From Longivirga aurantiaca (GTDB lineage Bacteria > Actinomycetota > Actinomycetes > S36-B12 > CAIYMF01), in contig NZ_JBHSTI010000008.1 in NCBI RefSeq assembly GCF_042660085.1, positions 1,239,876 to 1,271,875 of the forward strand: DNA of 32,000 nucleotides, given 5' to 3'. This document shows positions 1-9,429 of this stretch, piece by piece. Below the pieces are notes generated by a model, which saw only the letters and a program-made list of their open reading frames with translations, was not told where the DNA came from and searched no databases. Positions within the stretch are counted from its first letter, which is position 1. Each line of letters starts with the position of its first letter. The position numbers and the translations under genes are program-made.

Positions 1-7
1 GCATCCC

Positions 8-766
8 TCAGGCGAGCACGGACGAGACCGCGCGGTTCGCGACCGACAGGCTCGTCCACGTCCGCAGCCGCAGCTGCCCGACCTGCGCGTCGTCGATCCG
101 GTCGCACACCCAGTCCCAGTGCAGGGAGCACCAGTCGCCGACGGCGAGGGGACGGGCGAGCGCGGCCCCGTCGAGGGAGGTGATCACCCGCTCGACGCGC
201 TCCGGCCCGAGCGCGAGCCGGCGACCGTCCCACACCAGCGGCTGGGACGTCACGTCGGCGCAGCCGACGCCGAGAGCCTCGACGCGTCCCCAACGGATGC
301 GGCACCGGTCCAGCACGCGGAGCGGCGCGTCGACGACGCCCGTCCTGAGCAGCCCCACGAAGGGGTAGACGCCCAGGACGTGGAAGCTGTGGTGCGGCTG
401 CGCACCCCGGATCGCGGCGTCGGCCAGGGGCGACCAGGCACGGCCGAGGCGAGGGCGGAAGCGCTCCTCGAGCGAGCCGGCCATGAGGTGGAGAGGCACG
501 TGGTCCAGCAGGCTGTTGCCGATCCAGTACGCCTCCACCACATCGGCGTCGCACGGGTCTGCGATCCCGTTGGCGTGAGCGATGAGCTCGAGGTACGGCC
601 AGGCGCCCTCGAACGTGCGCAGCGTGGCGCGCAGGTCGCCGTCGACGGCGCCCGCGGCCGTGCGCCCCAGGAGCGCGGCGGGGTCGTCGGCACCGCAGTA
701 GCCCAGCTCGTTCGGCGGGTACGCGTACCGCGCGAACAGCAGCTCTCCGGGCACCCGACCGGTCAC
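8..766 (-). CDS. Hydrogenase-operon-associated accessory protein (hypothetical; possibly DUF6390-like)
   Basis: Coherent protein from GTG (VTGRVPGELLFARYAYPPNELGYCG...) to ...VANRAVSSVLA. Its start overlaps the stop of the upstream gene (763-765), as in an operon. The longer 8..1450 ORF is a spurious upstream extension. The family name is from memory. Confidence 0.75.
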   Translation of the reverse strand: MTGRVPGELLFARYAYPPNELGYCGADDPAALLGRTAAGAVDGDLRATLRTFEGAWPYLELIAHANGIADPCDADVVEAYWIGNSLLDHVPLHLMAGSLEERFRPRLGRAWSPLADAAIRGAQPHHSFHVLGVYPFVGLLRTGVVDAPLRVLDRCRIRWGRVEALGVGCADVTSQPLVWDGRRLALGPERVERVITSLDGAALARPLAVGDWCSLHWDWVCDRIDDAQVGQLRLRTWTSLSVANRAVSSVLA

Positions 767-1683
767 ACGGCCACCTCGCGCGTCCGCTGCCGCGCGGGCG
801 CCCACATCAGGGCGCCCCCGGCCAGCACGAGCAGCAGCCATCCCGTCTGCGGTGCGAGCGGGACGCCCTGGACGGCGGTGGCGAGCACGGCGGTTATCAC
901 CGCGCCGACGACGAGGATCGCCGTCACATCGACGGCCTGCGCGCGCGCCAGTGCGGCGAACCAGGTGGAGACGTAGCCGGCGAGGATCGCACCGGTGAGC
1001 AGGACCCAGCCCCACTGCGACGCCGACCACGACAGCACGGCGCCGAGCTCGCCCCGTGCGACGGACCACAGGATCAGCACGACGCTGCCGAGGCCCATCC
1101 GCGCGAGAGCGACAGTCCACGACGACAGGTCGGCCAGGAGCCGCTTGGCGAGCACGACCTCCACCGCCCAGAGCAGGGTCGCGCCGAGCACGAGCGCCTG
1201 GCCGGTGCCCACCAGGGCGGAGACGCCCCCGGCGAGACCCACCTGGCCCACGACGAGCAGCACGATGGCCAGCAGGTGCCAGACGCCGAGCCGCTCGCCC
1301 AGGATCGGGACGGCGAGCAGCGCCACCCAGATCAGCAGCGTCTTGTGGAGGAAGGCGGAGTTCGTGGAGGACGCCCGTGCCAGTCCTTCGAAGAAGAGCA
1401 CGAAGGCGACCGCGCCGCCCAGGACGCCCACGGCGGCCAGTCCCCACCACTGGGCCGCGCTCGTGGGCCGGGTGAGCGGCAGCCGTCCGCGGCGTCCGGC
1501 CGCGGCCCCGATCGTCGCGGCCAGGGCGAGCAGCACGACCAGCGACACGCCGTTCTTCGCCGTGGTGTACAGGGTCGCGTCGCCGACGGCCTTGACGCCG
1601 TACCCGTTGAGGAAGACGGCGAAGCCGCTGATCACGGCGGTGGCGAGGGCGAGGAGCAGCCCGGTGCTGCGGCGTTCGGTCAT
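763..1683 (-). CDS. EamA/DMT-superfamily transporter, about 10 TM segments
   Basis: MTERRSTGLLLALATAVISGFAVFLNGYGVKAV... with duplicated hydrophobic halves typical of EamA permeases. The stop overlaps the downstream GTG and the start overlaps the upstream hypC-like stop. Confidence 0.85.
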   Translation of the reverse strand: MTERRSTGLLLALATAVISGFAVFLNGYGVKAVGDATLYTTAKNGVSLVVLLALAATIGAAAGRRGRLPLTRPTSAAQWWGLAAVGVLGGAVAFVLFFEGLARASSTNSAFLHKTLLIWVALLAVPILGERLGVWHLLAIVLLVVGQVGLAGGVSALVGTGQALVLGATLLWAVEVVLAKRLLADLSSWTVALARMGLGSVVLILWSVARGELGAVLSWSASQWGWVLLTGAILAGYVSTWFAALARAQAVDVTAILVVGAVITAVLATAVQGVPLAPQTGWLLLVLAGGALMWAPARQRTREVAV

Positions 1684-1901
1684 GACGGCACCTCCGAGTC
1701 GCGGAGGCGGAGCGCCTCGTGCGCCTCGGACTCCGTGAGCCGCGCGAGCGCGAGCCCGCAATGGACGAGCAACCAGTCGCCGGTGGCGACCGGGTCGGTC
1801 AGCGTCAGCAGCGAGACCGACGTCTCGCGCTCCCCGCTACGGACGAGCACGGCGCCGTCGGCGGGGGGAGCCGCCACCTGGCACAGGGTCCCGAGGCACA
1901 T
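1680..1901 (-). CDS. hypC: HypC/HupF-family hydrogenase maturation chaperone
   Basis: 73 aa starting [20 protein letters not shown]..., with the N-terminal Met-Cys-Leu typical of HypC. ATGA overlap with the protease gene. Confidence 0.88.
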   Translation of the reverse strand: MCLGTLCQVAAPPADGAVLVRSGERETSVSLLTLTDPVATGDWLLVHCGLALARLTESEAHEALRLRDSEVPS

Positions 1902-2359
1902 CACCGACCACCGCCCCCGAGCGCATCGAGCGCAACTCGCGCAGCGTCGTCGGCTGCGCCCAGGACCGCGCTGGAGAGCCCGGCCCCGGCTGCCATGTCC
2001 TGCGCCTCGACGCCCACGATGACGAGCCGCGCGGGCAGCGTGCCCAGCGCCCGCGACAGCTCCACGGCGGCGGCGAGGCCGAGGGCATGGGTGCCGCCGG
2101 CGGACCAGCCGTCGCCGGGCAGGCGGTCGACCGCCACATCGAAGCACGCCACCGTGCCCGGCGATCCGTGCGAGACCATCGCGTCGACCACGACGGCGGA
2201 CTCGGCACCCGCCCACAGGTCGAGGAGCCCGGTCGGGTCGTCGGTCTCGGCCACCTCGACGCCGTCGAGGCCCTGCGCTGCGATCCGCCGGGCGACCTCG
2301 ACGCCGATCGCGTCGTCGCCGCGGGCGGCGTTGCCCAGGCCGATGATCAGGCCGGTCAC
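1901..2359 (-). CDS. Hydrogenase maturation protease (HyaD/HycI-like)
   Basis: [26 protein letters not shown]...[15 protein letters not shown]...; GxGNxxRGDDxxG motif. Starts GTG at 2357-2359, overlapping the large-subunit stop. Confidence 0.9.
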   Translation of the reverse strand: MTGLIIGLGNAARGDDAIGVEVARRIAAQGLDGVEVAETDDPTGLLDLWAGAESAVVVDAMVSHGSPGTVACFDVAVDRLPGDGWSAGGTHALGLAAAVELSRALGTLPARLVIVGVEAQDMAAGAGLSSAVLGAADDAARVALDALGGGGR

Positions 2360-3663
2360 GACTCCTCCACGGTGAGGTCGAGGAAGTGGGTGGCGCAGGA
2401 GATGCAGGGGTCGTAGTTGCGGATCGCCTGCTCGCAGCGGTGGGCCAGGTCGTGCTGCGAGAGATGCAGGTGCTGCTGGGCGAACCGGCGCAGGTCCTCC
2501 TCCATGCTGACCAGGTTCTGCGACGTCGGGGGCACGATCACGGCGTCGAGGATGGTGCCGTCGGCCGCGAGCTCGTACCGGTGGAACAGGATCCCCCGAG
2601 GGGCCTCCGTCGCGCCGTGGCCCACCCCCGCCCGCGGCGGCACGTCGACGTGGGCGGCGGGAGAGCCTTCCCAGCCGTCGATGATCCGCAGGGCCTCCTC
2701 GAGCGCCTCGACGAGCTCCACGGCCCGCACGATGATCGAGCGGAACGGGTTGCGGCACTCCGGCCCGAGGCCCGCGGCGGACGCGGCCTCCCGCGCGACC
2801 CTGCCGAGACGATCGTGGTTGAGGGTGTAGCGGGCGAGCGGTCCGACGACGTAGCTGGTCCGGCCGTCGAGCCTCGCGTGCAGGGCGTTCGAGCGCTCGA
2901 CGTGCTCCTCGACCGCCGTCCCGGCGAACTCGGCGATGCCCATGGTGCGCCCACTGCTCGTGACGACCGAGCCGCCCTCGAGCGGGTAGCCGTGCGGGGA
3001 GCGCAGCGCGACGTACTCCTGGTCCTGCTCGAAGTCCGGGAACTCGAACCCGGCCACCCAGGCCACCGTGGCGAGCGCGTCGTCTCGGGCGCGCACGAGC
3101 TGCGGTCGCAGCGCACGCAGCTCGTCCCTGCCGGGCATCCGGTAGAAGCCGCCGACGCGCACGTTCACGGGGTGGACCGCGCGGCCGCCCACGAGAGCCA
3201 TGAGCGCGTTGCCGGCCTTCTTCAGCGACAGGCCCCGCTCGACCAGGGCGCGATGGTCGGCCGCCATCTCGACCGCGCCGTCGTAGCCCAGGAAGTCCGG
3301 CGCGTGCAGGAGGTAGATGTGCAGGGCGTGGCTCTCGATCCACTCGCCGCAGTAGAGCAGCCGTCGCATGACGCGGATCTCGTCCGGGACCACGACGCCG
3401 CAGGCGTCCTCGATCGCCAGGCAGGAGCTCATCTGATATGCCACGGGGCAGATCCCGCAGATGCGGGCGGTGATGTCCGGGGGCTCGGTCCAGGCCCGCC
3501 CCCGCAGGAACCCTTCGAAGAACCGAGGGGGCTCGAAGATGCGCAGCTCGACGTCCAGGACGGCGCCGTCGCTCACGACGACGCGCATCGCGCCCTCGCC
3601 CTCCACGCGGGCGAGCGGATCCGCGTGCAGGACGTGGTCGCCCGAGGTCAGCTTGTGCGTCAT
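2356..3663 (-). CDS. hyhL: [NiFe]-hydrogenase large (alpha) subunit, group 3b type
   Basis: N-terminal RICGIC and C-terminal DPCISCATH Ni-ligand motifs, then the short tail FLDLTVEES. Overlaps the small-subunit stop. Confidence 0.95.
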   Translation of the reverse strand: MTHKLTSGDHVLHADPLARVEGEGAMRVVVSDGAVLDVELRIFEPPRFFEGFLRGRAWTEPPDITARICGICPVAYQMSSCLAIEDACGVVVPDEIRVMRRLLYCGEWIESHALHIYLLHAPDFLGYDGAVEMAADHRALVERGLSLKKAGNALMALVGGRAVHPVNVRVGGFYRMPGRDELRALRPQLVRARDDALATVAWVAGFEFPDFEQDQEYVALRSPHGYPLEGGSVVTSSGRTMGIAEFAGTAVEEHVERSNALHARLDGRTSYVVGPLARYTLNHDRLGRVAREAASAAGLGPECRNPFRSIIVRAVELVEALEEALRIIDGWEGSPAAHVDVPPRAGVGHGATEAPRGILFHRYELAADGTILDAVIVPPTSQNLVSMEEDLRRFAQQHLHLSQHDLAHRCEQAIRNYDPCISCATHFLDLTVEES

Positions 3664-4457
3664 GAGGGCACCGCCGTCCGATCCGCATCGTGCCGCCGGC
3701 TCTCGGCCTCGAACTCAGGAGCCCCCGACGCGAAGGTGCGGAAGACCCTGACCACGTCGCGCTCGGGCATCCCCAGCTCGACGAGCCGAGCCGCCAGCGG
3801 AGCCGTGTTGGCCGATTCCTGCGGGCCGAAGCATCCGTAGCAGCCGCGGAGGTACGCCGGGCAGAGCGCACCGCAGCCGGCCCGGGTCACCGGCCCCAGG
3901 CACGGGGTCCCGTGGGCCACGGCCACGCAGACGGCCCCTCGACGCTTGCACTCCACGCACACGCTGTGGGCGGCCGGGCGAGGGACCCTGCCCTGCACGA
4001 GCGCGGTCAGCACCTCGAGGAGCTGGTGGCGGTCCACCGGGCACCCGTGCAGCTCGAAGTCCACCGGGACGTGGTCGGCGATGGGGGTCGAGCGCTCGAG
4101 GGTGTCGATGTACTCGGGGTGCGCGTACACGATGGAGCGGTACTCGCGCACGTCCGCGAAGTTGCGCAGCGCCTGGATGCCGCCGCTCGTCGCGCAGGCG
4201 CCGAGGGTCACCAGCACGCGCGAGGCCTGCCGGATCTCCTGGATCCGCAGCGCATCCGACGGGGTGGTGACGGAGCCCTCGACCAGCGACACGTCGTACG
4301 GGCCGGCCACGGTGCCGCGCGTGGCCTCGGGGAAGTACGCGATCCGGACCGCCCCGGCGAGGGGGAGCAGCTCGTCCTCGCAGTTGAGGATCGTGAGCTG
4401 GCATCCATCGCACGACGCGAACTTCCACACGGCGAGGGTCGGAGCGTCGACCGGCAT
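3660..4457 (-). CDS. hyhS: [NiFe]-hydrogenase small (delta) subunit
   Basis: [29 protein letters not shown]...; CxxC proximal-cluster motif and C-terminal Cys-rich cluster ligands ([35 protein letters not shown]). Confidence 0.94.
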   Translation of the reverse strand: MPVDAPTLAVWKFASCDGCQLTILNCEDELLPLAGAVRIAYFPEATRGTVAGPYDVSLVEGSVTTPSDALRIQEIRQASRVLVTLGACATSGGIQALRNFADVREYRSIVYAHPEYIDTLERSTPIADHVPVDFELHGCPVDRHQLLEVLTALVQGRVPRPAAHSVCVECKRRGAVCVAVAHGTPCLGPVTRAGCGALCPAYLRGCYGCFGPQESANTAPLAARLVELGMPERDVVRVFRTFASGAPEFEAESRRHDADRTAVPS

Positions 4458-4458
4458 C

Positions 4459-5322
4459 TCACACCTCCCTGATCGCGATGAGGGGTGCGACGGCCGAGTA
4501 GGGCAGCACCGGGCCGTCGGTGCACACGAACAGCCCGCGCAGCTGGCAGTGACCGCACAGGCCCACGCCGCACTTCATGTTGCGCTCCATCGACACGCGG
4601 ATGCGGTCGGGCGCGACGCCGAGGTCGACGAGCGACCGCGACACGTAGCGGATCATCACCTCGGGGCCGCAGACGAGCGCGAGCGTGGACGCCGGGTCCA
4701 CCGGCGCACCGGCCAACAGCGACGTCACGAGGCCGACGCGGCCGGGCCAGTCGGGCGTGCCGTGGTCGACGATGGACTGGACGTCCACGCCCCGGGACGA
4801 CCACGCCTCGAGCTCGTCGGGGTAGAGCCGGTCGGTCGGGCTGCGTGCGCCGTACAGCACCACGGCGGAGCGGTAGTCGTCGCGGTGCGCGAGCAGGTCG
4901 AGCACCGCCGGCCGCAGTGGCGCGAGCCCGATGCCGCCGGCCACGACGAGTACGTCCCCGCCCCGGCCGTCCCCGACCCGCCACCCGGTGCCGTAGGGGC
5001 CGCGCACCTCGAGCACGTCGCCGACCTGCGCCTGAAGCAGCAGGTGGGTGGCCCCGCCGACGTCGCGCACCGTGTGCACCAGGAGGGGGGAGGCGGGGTC
5101 GCCGCTGATCGAGATGGGCACCTCGCCCGTGCCCAACCTGCCCAGCATCGTGAACTGGCCGGGCGTGAACAGGAGCGGGCGGCCGTCGAGCGGCTCGAGC
5201 ACGTAGGTCGCGGTGTCGGAGGTGTCCTGACGGCGCTGGCGCACGACGAACCGGCGCGGCTGCATGGGATCCGGGCCTCGAGCCGCGCGCGAGGCCTGAG
5301 CGGCATCAGCGACGGGAGGCAT
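4459..5322 (-). CDS. hyhG: Hydrogenase FAD/NAD(P)-binding (gamma) subunit
   Basis: Ferredoxin-reductase-like fold: FTPGQFTMLG, VRGPYGTGW, VLVVAGGIGLAPLRPAV, VCGPEVMIRY and C-terminal 2Fe-2S ligands MKCGVGLCGHCQLRGLFVCTDGP. The start could instead be ATG at 5265 (MQPRRFVV). Confidence 0.93.
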   Translation of the reverse strand: MPPVADAAQASRAARGPDPMQPRRFVVRQRRQDTSDTATYVLEPLDGRPLLFTPGQFTMLGRLGTGEVPISISGDPASPLLVHTVRDVGGATHLLLQAQVGDVLEVRGPYGTGWRVGDGRGGDVLVVAGGIGLAPLRPAVLDLLAHRDDYRSAVVLYGARSPTDRLYPDELEAWSSRGVDVQSIVDHGTPDWPGRVGLVTSLLAGAPVDPASTLALVCGPEVMIRYVSRSLVDLGVAPDRIRVSMERNMKCGVGLCGHCQLRGLFVCTDGPVLPYSAVAPLIAIREV

Positions 5323-5779
5323 CGGGTGTCCCGTACAGGTCGAGCAGCCGGACCCGGGCGGCCTGCAGCCGCGTGTGCAGCACCTGGGCGACGCGCAGCG
5401 TGAGCTCGTAGCCCAGGCGCGGATCCTCGTCGCAGGACCGCCGCAGGCAGGCGCCGTCGAACACCACGACCCCCGTGGGTGTCACCGCGCGCGCGTCGAA
5501 CTGCCAGCGGTGCGGAGGGACGAGCCACGACGAGCCGAGCACCTCGCCCTCCTCGACGGTCTCGACGACGACGGTGGCGCCAGCGGGCCGATGCGCCTCG
5601 ATGGCCACGCGCCCATGGCGCACGACGTAGAACGTGGTTGCGGCGTCGTCCTCGCGGAAGAGGTACTCGCCCGGGGCGAAGCGCCGGTTGGCCGCGCAGC
5701 CGGCCATGAGGGCGAGCGTCGCGTCGTCGAGGCCGACGAAGAACGGGTGCTCGGTGAGCAGCTGGTCGATGCCGCGCAT
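5306..5779 (-). CDS. Stand-alone cyclic-nucleotide-binding-fold (CRP/FNR N-terminal-like) protein without HTH
   Basis: [62 protein letters not shown]...[15 protein letters not shown]...; 157 aa ending before any DNA-binding domain. Sits between hydrogenase subunit genes. Confidence 0.88.
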   Translation of the reverse strand: MRGIDQLLTEHPFFVGLDDATLALMAGCAANRRFAPGEYLFREDDAATTFYVVRHGRVAIEAHRPAGATVVVETVEEGEVLGSSWLVPPHRWQFDARAVTPTGVVVFDGACLRRSCDEDPRLGYELTLRVAQVLHTRLQAARVRLLDLYGTPDASRR

Positions 5780-5780
5780 G

Positions 5781-6953
5781 TCACTCCTCCGGATCGGGGT
5801 CGTCGACGCCGGGCGTCGCACGGATGGCAGCGACTTCCGCCGTGATGTCGATGGCCGCGGGGCACCAGGTGATGCAGCGACCGCACCCGACGCAGCCCGA
5901 CGATCCGAACTGGTCCCACCAGGCGGCAAGCTTGTGCGTGGCCCACTGGCGGTAGCGGGACTTCGTCGACTCGCGGACGTTGCCGGATTCGAGGTGGGTG
6001 AACTCGCCGGTGAAGCACGAGTCCCACACCCGCCAGCGCTCGCTGGAGCCGTCGACCAGCGAGGTGGAGTCGGTCACGGTGGTGCAGAAGCAGGTGGGGC
6101 AGACGAGCGTGCAGTTGCCGCAGGCGAAGCAGCGCTGCGCGACGTCCTCCCACCTGCTGTGGTCGGCGTTGGCGTAGAGGAGATCGCGCAGATCTGTCGT
6201 GTCGAGCTGCCTCCCCATCCGGGCGACGGCCTGGTCGACCACGGCGGCTGCGGCCGCGGCATCGGTGGCGGAGGCCTCGTTGGCGGGGCAGCGCTCGAGC
6301 AGCTCGGCGCCCCGGGCCGTGCCGACCCGCACCAGGAAGCGGTGGCCCGAGGCGTCGTCGATCTCGGTCAGCGCCAGGTCGAAGCCGGAGTCCGGGTCGG
6401 GCCCGGTCCCCATCGAGCTGCAGAAGCACGTCCCGCCCGGGTCCGAGCACGTCACTGCGACGACCAGGATCTGCTCCCGGCGCGCCGCGTAGTGGACGTC
6501 GACGGCGCTCCTGCCGAGTAGCACGGCGTCGTGCAACCCGATGGCGTGCAGGTCGCACGAGCGGACACCGACGAGGGCCAGCCGCGGCGCATCGATCACC
6601 GGCTGCGGCTCCGCTGCCCCGCCATCGTGTCCGGCCTGGGCGGCGTCCCCGGCGTCGGTCGAGCGGCGCAGGAGCTCGCGGGACGGGTAGAGCCACGGCT
6701 TCCACGACTGCGGTCCGACGGCGTAGCCGAAGACCGCGTCGTCGTCGCGGCGGGCGAGACGGTAGTGCGCCGGCTGCTGGTCGTCGGTGGTGCCGCGGGG
6801 CAGGTCGTCCAGGGAGCTGATCGGCGCGTGCACCACGACGTCGTCCACCAGCCGTGGGCCCAGAACCGTCCAGCCGTCAGCGCGCAGGAGGTCGATGAGG
6901 GTCGCCAGCCCCCCCAGGTCGATCGTCATCGTCATCGTCGTCGGGGTCGTCAT
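5781..6953 (-). CDS. hyhB: Hydrogenase beta subunit, 4Fe-4S dicluster protein
   Basis: Two clusters: [16 protein letters not shown] and [16 protein letters not shown]. First gene of the operon. The exact start is uncertain ([15 protein letters not shown]). Confidence 0.92.
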   Translation of the reverse strand: MTTPTTMTMTIDLGGLATLIDLLRADGWTVLGPRLVDDVVVHAPISSLDDLPRGTTDDQQPAHYRLARRDDDAVFGYAVGPQSWKPWLYPSRELLRRSTDAGDAAQAGHDGGAAEPQPVIDAPRLALVGVRSCDLHAIGLHDAVLLGRSAVDVHYAARREQILVVAVTCSDPGGTCFCSSMGTGPDPDSGFDLALTEIDDASGHRFLVRVGTARGAELLERCPANEASATDAAAAAAVVDQAVARMGRQLDTTDLRDLLYANADHSRWEDVAQRCFACGNCTLVCPTCFCTTVTDSTSLVDGSSERWRVWDSCFTGEFTHLESGNVRESTKSRYRQWATHKLAAWWDQFGSSGCVGCGRCITWCPAAIDITAEVAAIRATPGVDDPDPEE

Positions 6954-7157
6954 GACGCCTCCGCAGTACGTACACCCAGCGTAGGCGTCGAGCGGCTCGA
7001 AGACGGGTCGAGAGACGGGATGTGACGACGCTCGCTCCCGTGCGGCAGCCGCCCTCCGGCAGCGTGGCGGAGCGCCTGCGGCCTCATCGTGCCCGCGACC
7101 GCGAGCTCACCGCCGTCCACGGCGCTCGCACGGTTGCCGACTCTGACCTGGGTCGGC

Positions 7158-7721
7158 TCAGCTGACGGGCAGGTCGCCCCGTGCGGCAGCGGTGCCGCCG
7201 GTCGGCGAGCCGTCCGATCCGCTGGGGGTGCCGGCCTCGCTGCGCCGCAGCGGCCGGAGCACCAGGACCAGCACCACGACGAGGATCACGATGTCGAGTG
7301 CGATCGCCACGGCCGGTACCGGGATCAGCCACGCACCGCCCGCGAACCACAGCGCGTTGGCCACGAAGGCTGCCAGAGCCCACGGGCGATGCGTCGTCGG
7401 CGGCTGCTCGAGACGCGCGGAGCGCCAGGCGAGGCCGCCGAGCACCGTGCCCGCGACCAGGCCGAGGGCGACGGGCCCGATCGTGACGAGCGAGAGCCAG
7501 TTCTCCACGTCGTCCGGGACGTTCGACGAGGTGTAGCCGAGCGCCGACTGGATGGCGAGGCCCATGATCAACCCGGCGCTCAGCAATGCCGGCTGCAGGC
7601 ACCACAGCGCCCAGGACATCCGCAGCTTCCAGGCGCGGGGCCGACCGGGCGGCGTAGCCGAGAGCAGGATGATGAGGGCGACGGTGAGCGACCCGAGTGC
7701 GATGGTGATGACGTACAACAT
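7158..7721 (-). CDS. Multi-pass membrane protein of unknown function
   Basis: Several hydrophobic segments (MLYVITIALGSLTVALIILLSATPPG..., VAIALDIVILVVVLVLVLRPL) and a coherent start and stop. Confidence 0.75.
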   Translation of the reverse strand: MLYVITIALGSLTVALIILLSATPPGRPRAWKLRMSWALWCLQPALLSAGLIMGLAIQSALGYTSSNVPDDVENWLSLVTIGPVALGLVAGTVLGGLAWRSARLEQPPTTHRPWALAAFVANALWFAGGAWLIPVPAVAIALDIVILVVVLVLVLRPLRRSEAGTPSGSDGSPTGGTAAARGDLPVS

Positions 7722-7836
7722 GACGACCTCCTAGGCCGACGAATCCATCGTCCCACTCACCCGATCCGGAGGCTCGCCCGCGCGCCTCGCGATACGCGTG
7801 CCGTCAGACTGGTGGGACAACGGTCGGCGGGCGGTG

Positions 7837-9111
7837 ATGACGGTGGGACGGCTCTCGGCGTTCGACGCGGGTCTCCTCGCCCTCGAGACCGACGAGGCCC
7901 CGCTCCACATCGGTGCGCTCCTGATCCTGGACGGGCCCGCGCCCGATGCCGACCTGGTGCGCGCCGAGCTCGCGCATCGTGCCGCTGCGCTCAGGGAGTG
8001 CCGCCAACGGGTCCACCGGCGCCCGGGCGATCTGCGTCGGCCCGTCTGGCGCGATGCCCCCGACGTAGTGCCCGAGGCGCAGCTGCATGCCGCCTCGCTC
8101 GAGCCTCCCGGCGACCGCGCCGCCCTGTGCAGGCTCGTGGCCCAGCTCATGCGCGTGCGGCTCGACACGTCCGGGCCGCTCTGGCAGGTATGGCGGATCG
8201 ACGGGCTCGAGGACGGCAGCTGGGCCCTGCTGGTCACGGCGCACCACACCCTGATCGACGGGGTGTCGGGTGCCGGTCTCCTGACCGCCCTGCTGTCCTC
8301 GACGGACGGGAACGTACGCCGCGTCGGGTCGCGGGTGGCGCCACCCGCGGAGCCGGGTCTGCGCGAGCGGGTCCGTCGGATCCGCCAGGGCGTCCGCACC
8401 GTCGCCGTCCCGGACCTTCCGCCGAGCTTGCTCAACGGAGCGCTCGGGCGGCACCGGACCTGGGGCTGGTTCACCGCGGACCTGGCCGACCTGCGGCGGG
8501 TCGCGGAGCGCTCCGACTGCACCATCAACGACGTCTACCTCGCGGCCCTGTCCGGCGGCCTGCGCACCGTGCTCGGCAACCGCGCGGCGCTCGGCACGGA
8601 GACCCGCGTGCGGGTCCTGGTGCCCGTGTCGACGCGTCGAGGCCCGTCCGACATCCGCCCGGGCACCATGAACGCGGCGTTCTTCGTCGAGCTCCCGGTG
8701 CATCGTCGGTCGGCGCAGGAGATGCTCCTCGACGTCGCCGATCAGACCTCGCGTGCCAAGACCGACGGAGTGGCGCTCGCCACCGAGCAGCTGCTGCGCG
8801 TCGGCGACCTGGTGCCGGCGCCGCTGCTGGACCGCGCGGCGAGGGCCTACGCGCGTCGCGGTCAGGCGCGGGTCAACCTCGTGGCGTCCGACGTGCGCGG
8901 CCCGCGGACGCCGCTCTCGCTCTGCGGACGGCAGGTCCGGGAGGTCGTGCCCTGCGTTCCCCTGGCGCTGGACGTGCGAGCGACCAGCGCCCTGATGTCC
9001 TACGCGGGACGCGCGTCGCTGTCGGTGACCGTGGACTCGGCCGTCGTGCCTGACGCCGGGCTGCTGGTGACTGCGGTCGCGGCGTCCTTGGGCGAGCTCG
9101 TCCAGGGATGA
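7837..9111 (+). CDS. WS/DGAT family O-acyltransferase (wax ester synthase/diacylglycerol acyltransferase)
   Basis: RLSAFDAGLLALETDEAPLHIGALLIL and catalytic HHTLIDG (HHxxxDG); C-terminal NLVASDVRGPRTPLSLCGRQV. Alternative GTG starts at 7798 and 7834. Confidence 0.9.
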   Translation: MTVGRLSAFDAGLLALETDEAPLHIGALLILDGPAPDADLVRAELAHRAAALRECRQRVHRRPGDLRRPVWRDAPDVVPEAQLHAASLEPPGDRAALCRLVAQLMRVRLDTSGPLWQVWRIDGLEDGSWALLVTAHHTLIDGVSGAGLLTALLSSTDGNVRRVGSRVAPPAEPGLRERVRRIRQGVRTVAVPDLPPSLLNGALGRHRTWGWFTADLADLRRVAERSDCTINDVYLAALSGGLRTVLGNRAALGTETRVRVLVPVSTRRGPSDIRPGTMNAAFFVELPVHRRSAQEMLLDVADQTSRAKTDGVALATEQLLRVGDLVPAPLLDRAARAYARRGQARVNLVASDVRGPRTPLSLCGRQVREVVPCVPLALDVRATSALMSYAGRASLSVTVDSAVVPDAGLLVTAVAASLGELVQG

Positions 9112-9429
9112 CCGCGGGACGCGACCAGGAGAGCGGGTCGGGCGTGCTGCCGGTGACGTCGAGACCCCGCGCTCACCCGATCCGCGCCCGCGTGCGGTCG
9201 CGCGTGTGATGCGACCGATCTCCGCCCGGCGTCGACGCGCCGCCCGACCACGGCCATTCGTCGCGTGGCGGAGTCGTCCGGTCGGATCGTTCGCAGGTCC
9301 GGACCGACCGGCGGCCGAGAGCTCGCGGGGCTGGGCCGAGACCTGGTCGGGCGCTGCCAGCGGGACGCGGGTAGCGTCGAGAACGACATCCCGGCACCGC
9401 ATCCCAGATCGACTCGCGAGGAGAGCTCC

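Noticed and set aside
767-1450. N-terminal half of the 8..1450 ORF
   Set aside because: Low-complexity Arg-rich extension overlapping the EamA gene. The genuine gene starts at the GTG at 766.
1901-3871. 656-aa minus-strand ORF
   Set aside because: Only the last ~150 codons (maturation protease) are real. The upstream part is an out-of-frame read of the hydrogenase large subunit.
7136-7157. GCCGAC-N10-GTCGGC inverted repeat next to the membrane-protein stop
   Set aside because: Only a 6-bp stem, too weak to call as a terminator in this GC content.
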